A DNA stretch of 53,496 nt from Acidimicrobiales bacterium (lineage in GTDB: Bacteria; Actinomycetota; Acidimicrobiia; Acidimicrobiales; QHCF01): contig DAIROT010000004.1 of assembly GCA_036806345.1 (NCBI GenBank), positions 1 to 53,496 of the forward strand, read 5' to 3'. Under the pieces are notes generated by a model. The model worked only from the letters and a program-made list of their open reading frames with translations. It searched no databases and had not been told where the DNA came from. Every line of letters starts with the position of its first letter. The stretch's first letter is position 1. Below are positions 1-9,801 of the stretch, one piece after another. A program made the position numbers and the translations under genes.

Positions 1-54
1 GGCTTTTGCGCGGCTAGAGCCTGTGGATTTCCAGGCTCAGGCGAATTATCGAGG

Positions 55-1431
55 TCAAGGATCCCTCGTGGGTGCCTGACGCCTCCGCGACCTTCGTACG
101 GGCCGCCTCCTCAAGCTCGAAGAGGCCGGGTACGGCGCACTGGGTTTGACGGGCTGTTCAGACAGCAGCGCGGCCGAGCCAGCTACCATGCTAGGGCTCG
201 ACGCCTTGCCCCGGACGTGCAGAGCGCGGCGACTCAGACGGCGACGGAGTAGCAGTGACGCTACAAGCCCCATGGCACTGTAGGCAATGACGCTGGCCAG
301 AGCTGCACCGGAGATACCGTGCGCCGGCACTAGGACCACGTCGCCTAACACGGTCAGCACCACGCCAACTGCTACCGCCTTGGCGGACTCACCAACGCGA
401 CCCATACCGGAAAGGGACGCACTATCGAGATAATAGAATGTGAGACCGAATTCAGCCAGCAGCAGCAGACGCAAGGAAGGAACGGCCGCGGCGTAGCGCT
501 GACCAAATACCACGCGAACTGAGAGAGGAGCGGTGACGATAGCGACACCAACAGCAGCCGTCATTAGCCCCACGCACAGGAGACGACCACGCCGAAAGCT
601 GCCGGGCGTCGCTGACCCAGATGCTAGTCCATAGAAGATGGGCTGGCCCATAGCAGCAGGAAGAATTCGTAGCATCTCCGGAAATGTGGCTGCCACCGAA
701 TAGATCCCGACTGCCGCTGGCGTAAGATAAAGCACCACCAGGTAGCGATCGAGCTTAAAAGCAGCCATCTGGCCGAGGGTAACGGCGATTCCCGGAGGCC
801 CCCGACGCAACAGACGGACCCACTGGGCCCAGTGGAACAACGGCCGAATACCCGCCCGCGCCTGGCGCAAAGCGACGAGACACAGAAGGCTCTCTAACAA
901 GTAGCCGACAGTTAACGCGCCAATAAAAATAGGAACGCTTCTTGCCCCCCGAGAAGAAGCCAGGGCTACGATCAACAACTGAACAATACTGCTGGCCGCA
1001 TCGATCACGGCCGCACGGACGGTGAAGCCGTAAGCATTTATCGCCTCTACCAGGAGAAGTCCCCCTAGGAAGGATCCGCCGAAGACGCCGAAGAGCCCCA
1101 GGCCCAAAAGGGACAAATGAACGTGTAGCGCCGGTGCAACGATAGTCACCGATACTACGCAAACACCAGCCTGCAGAAGGATCAACGCTAGCGAGAGCCC
1201 TAGATAATCACCACACCGGATCGGATCGATCTCGGCTACCAACTCGAGACGTGCGGCGATATTCACCCCGAGACCGCAGATCAGTAGGGCGAAGGTCGCC
1301 AGAGTGATGAGGAGGACAAAGACTCCTCGGCCCTGAGGCCCCAGCTGGCGCGCCGTCACGATAACAATGCCGGCGGAGGCAGCACTCGATAGTACCTTCC
1401 ATAGCGTTATATGGGCCGCAACGCCGACCAT
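55..1431 (-). CDS. Polysaccharide biosynthesis flippase (Wzx/MOP-type polytopic membrane protein)
   Basis: Hydrophobic multi-helix protein with an N-terminal ...VTARQLGPQGRGVF... signature typical of O-antigen/EPS flippases. The ATG at 1431 is preceded by AAGGA. The ORF-track start at 1476 is an upstream TTG. Confidence 0.7.
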   Translation of the reverse strand: MVGVAAHITLWKVLSSAASAGIVIVTARQLGPQGRGVFVLLITLATFALLICGLGVNIAARLELVAEIDPIRCGDYLGLSLALILLQAGVCVVSVTIVAPALHVHLSLLGLGLFGVFGGSFLGGLLLVEAINAYGFTVRAAVIDAASSIVQLLIVALASSRGARSVPIFIGALTVGYLLESLLCLVALRQARAGIRPLFHWAQWVRLLRRGPPGIAVTLGQMAAFKLDRYLVVLYLTPAAVGIYSVAATFPEMLRILPAAMGQPIFYGLASGSATPGSFRRGRLLCVGLMTAAVGVAIVTAPLSVRVVFGQRYAAAVPSLRLLLLAEFGLTFYYLDSASLSGMGRVGESAKAVAVGVVLTVLGDVVLVPAHGISGAALASVIAYSAMGLVASLLLRRRLSRRALHVRGKASSPSMVAGSAALLSEQPVKPSAPYPASSSLRRRPVRRSRRRQAPTRDP

Positions 1432-1586
1432 GCTATCCTTGGGCGAGGAATGCGGCCGCGTTCGGTGCCGGGTCAAATTGGCTCAGCGCTTCGATATGAG
1501 ACTAAACCTATGGAGGGTCAAGCTAACAACTGCCTCGAGGTGACCCCTAGTGGGTACATCGATATATTGGCCAGTGGACAAGAAGG

Positions 1587-3293
1587 TCACGGACGTACCA
1601 CCAGGTGGTCTTCGAGGACCATGGCGTCAAAATTAGCCTTACTGAAGGTTGTTATTGCGTCTGCCGGAGTACAGACAATCGGCTCCTGCACATTGAACGA
1701 CGTGTTGAGGAGCATAGGGACACCCGTGATGAGTTTGAACTGGTGGATTAGTTCCCAAAAGCGGGGATTGGTCTCACGGCTTACAGTTTGCGGGCGAGCA
1801 CTACCGTCAACATGGACCACAGCCGGAATCAGTGGCCGCTGGTCGGCCGCAACATCGAGCACGGTGACCATGAAGGGATCGTGGTGAGGATGCCCGAACA
1901 CCTGCGCACTGGCCTCCTCCAGTAGGGATGGCGCCAAGGGCCTAAACCACTCGCGCAGTTTCACCTTGTGATTCAGCAACTCGCGCATGTCAGCTCGTCT
2001 CGGGTCCGCTAGAAAGCTGCGGTTTCCCAAGGCCCGAGGACCGAACTCGGCTCGACCCTGAAACCAGCCAACAATCGCACCAGCGGCAATCATTTTTGCC
2101 ACACGGGGTAACATCTCGTCGTCGGGAAGTGTCTTGAAGGGAAGGTGTGCTGCCTCCAATTCCCGTGCGCAGGCTGCAGAACTGAAGGCGGGGCCAAAGT
2201 AGGCGTGGCGCATGTGATACCGACGGGGCCTTCCGAGCAAGCCGTGGTATGTGAGGAACGCCGCTCCCAGAGAACAACCAGCGTCACCGGCCACAGGCTG
2301 AATGAATACTCGCTTAAACGGGGACTCAGCAATTATCCGCCCATTCATCACCGAGTTGAATGCCACACCACCTGCCAAGCACAGGTTTTCCTCTGCTGTT
2401 CGCTCGTGAAGGTTCCGAAGCAAGTGGAGCACGATATCTTCTAACAACAGTTGAGCGCTCGCGGCAATGTTTTGGAACCGGTCGGTGATCTCGTCACCTG
2501 GTCGTCGGGCTGGTCCGAGCGCCTGAAGAATCTTGTCACTGAACTGATATCGCTTGGCCAAATGATGATCAAGTACCCGAATGTTGACCCGGTACGCGTC
2601 AGGTCCATCCACTCTCAGGACACGGCGCGATAGGAAGTCGTAGTATTCAGGTTCGCCGTAGGCAGCCAGCCCCATGACCTTCCATTCATCGCCGGCAAAC
2701 ATGTCGAATCCCAGGAAGTTGGTTACAGCGGAGTAGAACTGGCCGAGAGAGTTCGGAAGCTTAATCTTTTTAATCGGCTTGATCTGACTCCCGGCCCCGA
2801 GTGCCATCATGGTCGTCGTTGCTTCGCCCGTCCCGTCCAGGGTGAGGATGGCGGCCCGCTCGAAAGGCGACACGAAGAAGGCACTAGCCGCATGGCACGG
2901 ATGGTGCTCCAAGTAGTGGAAGCGAAAGTCACTCGGCCCAAAACGCTCACGCATAAGCCGTGGATAGTGCAGCATCCCCAGGTAGCTGTTACTGACCTGA
3001 GACACCCCGCGGTCGACGCGAGCGGCGAACATGGCGGGCGAGATAGCAAGTGACGTCAGGGCTTGCCAAGCCTTATGGACGATGATCCATGGTTTCCAGT
3101 ACAGGGCCACATGATCCACGTCTTTCATCTCGATAGCGCCCTCTGCCAGGCAGTACTCCACTGCCCGGTATGGAAAGCCAGAATGGTGCTTCGTGCGCGA
3201 GAACCGTTCTTCCTCCACAGCGGCCACGACCTCGCCGTCGCGGATGAGGGTGGCGGCGGCATCGCCAAGGGTCGTCAGACCAAGGATGTACAA
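1587..3293 (-). CDS. Carbamoyltransferase, NodU/CmcH family
   Basis: LYILGL...DAAATLIRDGEVVAAVEEERFSRTKHHSGFP N-terminus and overall length match NodU-type O-carbamoyltransferases. The TTG at 3293 gives the canonical (M)YILGL start and follows AGGAGG. The ORF-track start at 3476 adds 61 low-complexity residues. Confidence 0.85.
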   Translation of the reverse strand: MYILGLTTLGDAAATLIRDGEVVAAVEEERFSRTKHHSGFPYRAVEYCLAEGAIEMKDVDHVALYWKPWIIVHKAWQALTSLAISPAMFAARVDRGVSQVSNSYLGMLHYPRLMRERFGPSDFRFHYLEHHPCHAASAFFVSPFERAAILTLDGTGEATTTMMALGAGSQIKPIKKIKLPNSLGQFYSAVTNFLGFDMFAGDEWKVMGLAAYGEPEYYDFLSRRVLRVDGPDAYRVNIRVLDHHLAKRYQFSDKILQALGPARRPGDEITDRFQNIAASAQLLLEDIVLHLLRNLHERTAEENLCLAGGVAFNSVMNGRIIAESPFKRVFIQPVAGDAGCSLGAAFLTYHGLLGRPRRYHMRHAYFGPAFSSAACARELEAAHLPFKTLPDDEMLPRVAKMIAAGAIVGWFQGRAEFGPRALGNRSFLADPRRADMRELLNHKVKLREWFRPLAPSLLEEASAQVFGHPHHDPFMVTVLDVAADQRPLIPAVVHVDGSARPQTVSRETNPRFWELIHQFKLITGVPMLLNTSFNVQEPIVCTPADAITTFSKANFDAMVLEDHLVVRP

Positions 3294-3659
3294 GAAGCCT
3301 CCTCTCGTCGGGACCGGTGAACCATCTGTGCGGCCGAGGAAGTTGTCGAGACCAAGTAGGCGCCAGGTGCCCTCGGCCAGGGCGTCACCTAAGCTGAGCA
3401 AGCGTACCTGACTCCCGTCACTTGTGGAGTAGGTGGAGGCTGTAGCGACTCCGGCGCCGGTCTCGTTTGAGAGCACGGGGAGGCACGGTCTTCGATCGCA
3501 CGGAATCGTTTGTCGCCTGGGCGGAACCGCGCCACGATGTGCCCTTCTCGCTTAGGGGTAGGCTCACCATGTGGCCGCCCCATCTTTTGCCGCTCGCGCG
3601 TCCCGTTGTCATTCTGATAGCTGCCCGACTGCCTTCGTGGCCATGGGAGCGGTCGCATT

Positions 3660-4769
3660 GTGACACATGTTGTCCTCGACACGAGGTCCCTCCGCCAGCA
3701 ACGGGACGGCCTTGCGAACTATATCGAAGAGCTGGTGCCCAGGATCGTGTCGGCAGCGCCAGATCTTGAGTTCACTATCCTTGCGAATCCGTCGCAGATG
3801 ACGTTTTGGACGTCGGCCGCACCAAATAGTCGCGTGCTCCCCTGTGACTGTCGTCCGATGTGGCCAGCGCAACATTGGCGCATCCCCCTCTTACTTCGGC
3901 GCTTGTCCCCTGACCTTTACTTTTACCCCGTTCATGATCCCCCACTTTTCTGCCCTCAACCGTTTATTTTCGTTATACAAGACGTTATCTCGCACGAGAT
4001 TCGTCCATATTATGATAACCTCGACCGTCTAAAGACGGCATATACCCGTGTAGTGACAGCCGCAGGCCTCCGCCGCGCTTCCATGGTCCTTTGCAGTTCA
4101 CATGCAACCAAGACGGCAGTAACCAGTGTTTTTGGGCATCGCTTGGGACACAAACTTCGGGTCGTACCGCTCGGCACCACGCCAAGTCATTCTCGCCTTG
4201 ATGCTCAGATCCTTCCTTCCCATCTTCTCTATGTTGGGACTGATCTACCTCAGAAAAACCTCGATCGCCTAATCAGCGGATACGCTAAGGCACAACGCCA
4301 AGCGAAGGGCCGCTTACCTAACCTCGAACTGGTCGGCGCGCTCCGTCACCAAGCCGACCTCCAAGAGCGCGCCGGGCGCGAAGGAGTCGGTGACAGCGTC
4401 CAGTTTCGAGGCCATGTCTCGCGGCCCGACCTTGAGGCAATGTACCAATCTGCCATCGCGCTCGTGTTCCCCTCCGTGGCTGAGGGGTTTGGTCTACCCA
4501 TCTTGGAGGCCATGAGCCGCTCCGTGGCTGTCGTGACCAGTAACCGATCTGCCTGCGCAGAGGTAGCCGATACCGCCGCGCTTCTGGTCGATCCCTATAG
4601 TACAGATTCCATTGCCAATGGGCTTCTCACGATCTCCACCGACGCCGCTCTCCGCCAAGATCTTGTCAGGCGCGGACACTCCCGAGTGTTGGCATTTTCA
4701 TGGGACCAGTGCGCGGCCACAACGCTCGACGTAATCCGGGAAGCGCTACGAGGAACTGATGGCTGCTAA
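3660..4769 (+). CDS. Glycosyltransferase family 4 (GT-B, retaining)
   Basis: C-terminal EGFGLPILEAMSRSVAVVTSN...LVDP motif (the E-x7-E region of GT4 enzymes). GTG start. Its 3' end overlaps the next gene by 11 nt. Confidence 0.85.
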   Translation: MTHVVLDTRSLRQQRDGLANYIEELVPRIVSAAPDLEFTILANPSQMTFWTSAAPNSRVLPCDCRPMWPAQHWRIPLLLRRLSPDLYFYPVHDPPLFCPQPFIFVIQDVISHEIRPYYDNLDRLKTAYTRVVTAAGLRRASMVLCSSHATKTAVTSVFGHRLGHKLRVVPLGTTPSHSRLDAQILPSHLLYVGTDLPQKNLDRLISGYAKAQRQAKGRLPNLELVGALRHQADLQERAGREGVGDSVQFRGHVSRPDLEAMYQSAIALVFPSVAEGFGLPILEAMSRSVAVVTSNRSACAEVADTAALLVDPYSTDSIANGLLTISTDAALRQDLVRRGHSRVLAFSWDQCAATTLDVIREALRGTDGC

Positions 4770-5598
4770 TTCGATTGCCCGGCGTGCGTTGAAATATATG
4801 CTCGCGGCCGCGCTCGCGGATCGCCATTATGCCTACCTACAGAGTGTCGCCATGGCGTGGGACATTCGTCGTGGGAAACTCTCGGAACCAGAGATATCAT
4901 TGGTACCGATGGCCGTCCAGAACGGAGACGCAGTGATCGATATTGGCGCCAATTACGGACTCTACACTCATCATCTCTCGCGAGCGGTCGGAAGCACCGG
5001 CCGAGTATATGCATTCGAGCCAATTCCCTTTACTAACAGCGTTCTTCGTCTAGTCGGACGGCTCCTTGGGTTTCGGAATGTCGAGGTATTTGAGAAGGGC
5101 TGCAGCAGTGAAACCAGTCGGCAAGCGTTCACAGTGCCCGTTCAGGTCTCTGGAGCAATAGCCGCCGGCCTCGCGCATCTCAGTGCCGAAGGCGACGAGG
5201 ATGCTAAACTAGTCTGTTCGTCTCTTAACAATGCGACGGCGGTGATTTGCGAGGTTGTCGCTCTGGACGACTTCATGCCACCGCTAAGGGAGATCTCGTT
5301 CATTAAGTGTGATATTGAGGGTGCTGAATTGCTCGCCTTTCGGGGTTGTGAGACGATGATCGCTCGACATCATCCAACCGTACTCAGCGAGGTGTATCGT
5401 GAATATCTCGGCCGCTTCCACTTTAAATTGGAAGATTTGACCGGTTTTTTTATCGATAGGGGTTATCGTCTGTTCACTTACGATGGGGCGTCACAGGGTC
5501 TGATCGAGACGCCTCCGGAGGCGGTTGTCGACGGTAATGTCCTGTTCATTCATCCAGACCGCCAACATCGCTTTCATCGGGCCTTGAAGTTGACGTGA
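4759..5598 (+). CDS. FkbM-family SAM-dependent methyltransferase
   Basis: DIGANYGLYT (SAM-binding loop) ...VYAFEP... and CDIEGAEL motifs characteristic of FkbM-type methyltransferases. Confidence 0.85.
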   Translation: MAANSIARRALKYMLAAALADRHYAYLQSVAMAWDIRRGKLSEPEISLVPMAVQNGDAVIDIGANYGLYTHHLSRAVGSTGRVYAFEPIPFTNSVLRLVGRLLGFRNVEVFEKGCSSETSRQAFTVPVQVSGAIAAGLAHLSAEGDEDAKLVCSSLNNATAVICEVVALDDFMPPLREISFIKCDIEGAELLAFRGCETMIARHHPTVLSEVYREYLGRFHFKLEDLTGFFIDRGYRLFTYDGASQGLIETPPEAVVDGNVLFIHPDRQHRFHRALKLT

Positions 5599-5734
5599 CA
5601 TTACCGACGGCCGCGTCACCGGTACGCCCAGTGTGGTCCTACTGCGACGACACGGATGGCATTTTTGCCCGCAACGCAGTAGCGAGTTACTCTCGTCATA
5701 TTCGCGTGGCTGGGCCCGCGACTGGGGAGGCACG

Positions 5735-6730
5735 GTGACAGCTTCATATTTGGTGACTGGGGGCGCCGGATTTATCGGGTCCCACCTGACCGACGCTCTA
5801 CTGGCCCGTGGTGACCGGGTAGTTGCTCTCGACTCCCTCTCGACCGGGCGACTTGCCAATCTTGATCACGCAGGTGGGCATCCGCAGTGCCGTTTCGTCC
5901 AGGGATCGGTGCTCGATGAGCTGGTGGTCGACGAGCTCGTCCACGAGTGCGATGTTGTGGTCCACTTGGCGGCGGCGGTGGGGGTCAAGCTCATTGTCGA
6001 GCATCCTCTCCGTTCGCTCACCACGAATATTCGCGGCTCCGAGATCATGATCGAGGCGGCCCACCGTTATCGGCGGAAGATCCTGCTAGCCAGTACATCG
6101 GAGATTTATGGAAGAAACTCAGCTGAATCGCTCCACGAAGGGTCTGACCGAATCCTAGGTTCACCGACGGTGTCCCGCTGGGCATACTCTACGGCCAAAG
6201 CACTTGACGAAACTCTGGCCTATGCCTACCACAAGGAACGGGGCCTACCCACGGTTGTTGTGCGCCTCTTCAACACCGTGGGTCCCCGACAGAGCGCCGC
6301 TTATGGGATGGTCATCCCGCGCCTGGCGCGACAGGCCGTGGCCGGTGGTGCTCTCACGGTATATGGAGATGGAAACCAGCGGCGGTGCTTTTGCCACGTC
6401 GGGGATGTTGTGCGAGGCCTGCTCGGGGTGCTCGACCATCCGAAGGCGGTCGGGGATGTGTTCAACTTGGGTTCCGCTGAGGAAATATCCATCATGGACC
6501 TTGCCCATCGAATCGTCGCGCGGGCGGAGAGTTCCGCCAAGGTTGAGCTCATTCCCTATGAACAGGCCTACGAGCCAGGGTTTGAGGACATGTACAGGCG
6601 GCGGCCTGACACCACCAAGGTCCGCAACCTTATCGGTTGGGCCCCGACACGAACTTTGGATGACATCCTCGACGAGGTGATCGCCGAGGCTCGTCTCGAA
6701 ATGGCCCTTGGAGCCGACGCTCCGACCTGA
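5735..6730 (+). CDS. NAD-dependent epimerase/dehydratase (extended SDR; UDP-sugar 4-epimerase/decarboxylase-like)
   Basis: VTGGAGFIGSHL Rossmann motif and YSTAK (YxxxK) catalytic motif. The GTG at 5735 is preceded by GGGGAGG. The ORF-track start at 5633 adds an implausible 34 residues. Confidence 0.85.
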   Translation: MTASYLVTGGAGFIGSHLTDALLARGDRVVALDSLSTGRLANLDHAGGHPQCRFVQGSVLDELVVDELVHECDVVVHLAAAVGVKLIVEHPLRSLTTNIRGSEIMIEAAHRYRRKILLASTSEIYGRNSAESLHEGSDRILGSPTVSRWAYSTAKALDETLAYAYHKERGLPTVVVRLFNTVGPRQSAAYGMVIPRLARQAVAGGALTVYGDGNQRRCFCHVGDVVRGLLGVLDHPKAVGDVFNLGSAEEISIMDLAHRIVARAESSAKVELIPYEQAYEPGFEDMYRRRPDTTKVRNLIGWAPTRTLDDILDEVIAEARLEMALGADAPT

Positions 6731-6758
6731 GCTAGGCAGCTGACCGCTGAGCGCATTG

Positions 6759-7877
6759 TCAGTTTGCCCCGGTGAGCTCTTGGTAAAGCTCACGGATATC
6801 GGCTACCAGGCGCTCCTGGCCGAACTTGGTCCTCACCGCCTCCCGGCCGCACTCCCCCATTCGGGCCCTGGCGCCCGGGGCGCCCAGCAGGTCGCCTAGG
6901 CGATCGGCCATAGTCCGGGGATCCCCGGACGGGACCAGGTACCCGTGGAGCCCGTCGGTCACCACGTGGCTGACTCCCCCTACGTCGGTCGCCACCACCG
7001 GCCGGGCGGTGGCCAGAGCTTCGATCATTGCCACCGGGGTCCCCTCCTGGCGGCTGCTGAGGGCAATCACGTCGAGGTCACTCATGGCCACCGGCACATC
7101 TTCCCACCAACCGGTGAAATGCACACGGTCATGTAACCCCAGCTGACGGGCCTCCGCCTCCAGGCGGGAGCGGAGCTCACCATCGCCGATGACCGCCAGG
7201 TGCACCCCAGGGAGGAGGTTCATGGCCGCCAGCATGGTGGAGTGGTCCTTGACCGGGACCAGTCGCCCGACGATGCCCACCAAGGGGACGTCAGCGCCAA
7301 TGCCCAGCGCGGCTCGTAGCTTGCCGCTCGGCTGCGTGACCCTGAGATACGGATCCAGGTCGAGACCCAGCGGGACCACCTGGAAGCGAGACTCCGGCGC
7401 GATCTTGAGCTCCACCAGCTCGTCGCGTATCTCGGGGCTCACCGCCACCAGCACGTCGGTGCGGGCCGCCAGCCAACGCTCGGCCTCCACAAAGGCGCGC
7501 TGCACCGGCCGGGCAAAGTACCCCTCCAGGACGTGGCCATGGAAGGTGTGGACCAGGCGGGGCCTCTCGGACACCCGCAAGGCGGCCAGGCGACCGATGG
7601 CCCCGGCCTTGGCCATGTGGGTGTGCACAATCCGAGGCTGGACCTCTCGGAGCAGTTGCCGGACGGCGCCGAAGGCCCGAAGGTCCATCGCCGGACTGGG
7701 CGGCCTCACGAAGGGAACGTCGATCACGTCGACCGCCGGATCGCCAAGCTCTCCCTCACTGGCACCTGGGCGGCCGGCGGCCAGGACGGTCGGGAAGTCG
7801 GGGGCGAGCCGCTTGGTGAGCAGCAGTGCCTGGCGAGCCGGGCCTCCGATGTTGAGCCGGGTGATGAGGCGGACCAC
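6759..7877 (-). CDS. Glycosyltransferase family 4
   Basis: N-terminal VRLITRLNIGGPARQ and a C-terminal ...SSRQEGTPVAMIEALATARPVVATDVGG... GT4 signature. The start is uncertain: GTG at 7877 lies 20 nt after the asnB stop, while ATG at 7952 overlaps asnB by 56 nt. Confidence 0.75.
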   Translation of the reverse strand: MVRLITRLNIGGPARQALLLTKRLAPDFPTVLAAGRPGASEGELGDPAVDVIDVPFVRPPSPAMDLRAFGAVRQLLREVQPRIVHTHMAKAGAIGRLAALRVSERPRLVHTFHGHVLEGYFARPVQRAFVEAERWLAARTDVLVAVSPEIRDELVELKIAPESRFQVVPLGLDLDPYLRVTQPSGKLRAALGIGADVPLVGIVGRLVPVKDHSTMLAAMNLLPGVHLAVIGDGELRSRLEAEARQLGLHDRVHFTGWWEDVPVAMSDLDVIALSSRQEGTPVAMIEALATARPVVATDVGGVSHVVTDGLHGYLVPSGDPRTMADRLGDLLGAPGARARMGECGREAVRTKFGQERLVADIRELYQELTGAN

Positions 7878-7896
7878 TTTGTGCTGCTCGATACCG

Positions 7897-9786
7897 CTAC
7901 CACCCTTCCTTGCGCAGGAAGATCTCCAGGGTGAGGAGGGTCCACAGGGCATTGCCGTGACCGACCCGACCAGATTGATGCTCGGCGATCAGGTCATCGA
8001 CCGCCTCACCTGCCAGGTACTGGCGCACCGAGGCATCTGGTGAGCCCAGGGTGGCCGCCACATAGCCGGCCAGATCCTCTCGGAACCAGCGGTCCAGTGG
8101 CACACCAAAGCCGCGCTTGCGCCGGTGCAGGATCTCGGGCGGCAGCAGGTCGGCCATGGCCACCTTGAGCACCCGCTTGAGGGCGAAGCCTCGTTGCTTG
8201 AACGAGGCCGGCAGGCGGGTGGCCAATTCCAGCACGGCCGGGTCGAGGAAGGGGCAGCGGACCTCCAGGCCGTGGGCCATGGACATGCGGTCGACCTTGG
8301 GAAGCAGGTCGTCGAGGAGGTAGCTGGTCAGGTTGAGCAGCAGGAGGCGGTGCAGCAGGCTGGGACCCGGTGTAAGTGGCCATTGGGCCTCGAAGCGGGA
8401 TGCGGTATTTTTCGCGGATTCACCCAGCAAGGCAACTCGCCACTGTTCGGGCACATAGCTGATCCAGGACAGATAGGTGGCAGCAAAGGATCGATCGCTG
8501 TTGGCCACCAGCCGCTGCAGGCTGCGGGCCCGGCCCGAGAACCAGGAAGGCGACAGCATCGCCGTCCCCTGAGGGAGGCCCCGGCGTACAGGACCGGGCA
8601 GCTGTTGCAGCCAACCGAGCAGGCCGGCGGCCGCAAAGCGCTCGTAGCCGGCGAAGACCTCGTCTCCGCCGTCGCCACTGAGGGCCACGGTGACGTGCTC
8701 TCGGGTCATCTGGGACAACAGGTACGTGGGCAGGGCGCTGGAGTCGCCAAAGGGCTGGTCATGGTGCCAGACCAGATCCTCCACCAGCTCGGTGGCGTTG
8801 GGCCTTACCACCAGTTCGGTGTGGTCGGTGCCGAAGCGCTTGGCCACCAGGTTGGCGTATTGGCGCTCGTCAAACCCGGTCTGGTCCTCGAAGCCGATGG
8901 TGAAGGTGGACAGCGGAGCCACCCCGGCTTGATGCATCAGGGCCACGATGGCCGACGAGTCGATGCCCCCGCTCAGGAACGCCCCCAACGGCACATCGGC
9001 CACCAGGCGACGCTCGACGGCGCCAGTCAGCTCGGCCCGAACCCTCCGGGCCGCCTCGGCCATGGTGCAGTCGAGGATGTTGAGCCCCGGCTCCCCCGCT
9101 ACCGGCGGCTCCCAATAGCGCTGCAGGCGGGGTGCCTGGCCCTCCTCGGCCACCAGCACGTGGCCCGGGGGCACACTGTGTATGTCCTGGAAGAAGGTGT
9201 CGGGGGTGGGGGCATAGCCTACGGCCAGGTAGTCGGGGAGGATGCCCACATTGAGGCGCCGCGGCACTCGGGGGTGGGCCAGCAGCCCCTTGATCTCGCT
9301 GGCGAACACGACGCAGCCATCGCCCGACCAGTAGTAGAGGGGCTTCTTGCCGAGGCGATCCCGGCCCAGGACGAGCCGGTGACGGCCACGGTCCCACACC
9401 GCGAAGGCGAACATCCCGTCGAGGTCGCAGGCCAGCTCGATCGGCGAGCGCTCCTCGGCCAGGTGGGCCAAGACCTCGGTGTCCCCGGTCGTCTTGAGCT
9501 GATGGCCCTGGCGCCTGAGGGTGTCGGCCAGCTGGCGGTAATTGTAGATTTCGCCGTTGAGGGCCACCCCGATCGAGCCGTCGGCGTTGGCGATCGGCGG
9601 GTCGCCGGTGACCAGGTCGATGATTGACAACCGGGTCTGCCCAATGGCCGCCCCTGCTCCTGCGAACACCCCGGTGGCGTCCGGGCCTCGATGGGTCAGG
9701 GTGGCCAGCTGGCGCCACACGCTGGCCTCGGTGTCGGCAGTGCTCCCACCAACCCAGCTCTCGACCGCTCCTGCTATTCCGCACAT
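7897..9786 (-). CDS. asnB: Asparagine synthase (glutamine-hydrolysing), AsnB/LtsA-type amidotransferase
   Basis: MCGIAG N-terminal nucleophile Cys2, a GATase-II domain, and the SGGIDSS PP-loop of the synthetase domain. 629 aa. Confidence 0.9.
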   Translation of the reverse strand: MCGIAGAVESWVGGSTADTEASVWRQLATLTHRGPDATGVFAGAGAAIGQTRLSIIDLVTGDPPIANADGSIGVALNGEIYNYRQLADTLRRQGHQLKTTGDTEVLAHLAEERSPIELACDLDGMFAFAVWDRGRHRLVLGRDRLGKKPLYYWSGDGCVVFASEIKGLLAHPRVPRRLNVGILPDYLAVGYAPTPDTFFQDIHSVPPGHVLVAEEGQAPRLQRYWEPPVAGEPGLNILDCTMAEAARRVRAELTGAVERRLVADVPLGAFLSGGIDSSAIVALMHQAGVAPLSTFTIGFEDQTGFDERQYANLVAKRFGTDHTELVVRPNATELVEDLVWHHDQPFGDSSALPTYLLSQMTREHVTVALSGDGGDEVFAGYERFAAAGLLGWLQQLPGPVRRGLPQGTAMLSPSWFSGRARSLQRLVANSDRSFAATYLSWISYVPEQWRVALLGESAKNTASRFEAQWPLTPGPSLLHRLLLLNLTSYLLDDLLPKVDRMSMAHGLEVRCPFLDPAVLELATRLPASFKQRGFALKRVLKVAMADLLPPEILHRRKRGFGVPLDRWFREDLAGYVAATLGSPDASVRQYLAGEAVDDLIAEHQSGRVGHGNALWTLLTLEIFLRKEGW

Positions 9787-9801
9787 GCCGACAACCGCTG
9801 G

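Noticed and set aside
8125-9627. 500-aa plus-strand ORF
   Set aside because: It lies entirely antisense to asnB, which has unmistakable Cys2-GATase and SGGIDSS motifs. Its translation is Gly/Arg/His/Gln-rich low complexity, typical of GC-rich shadow frames.
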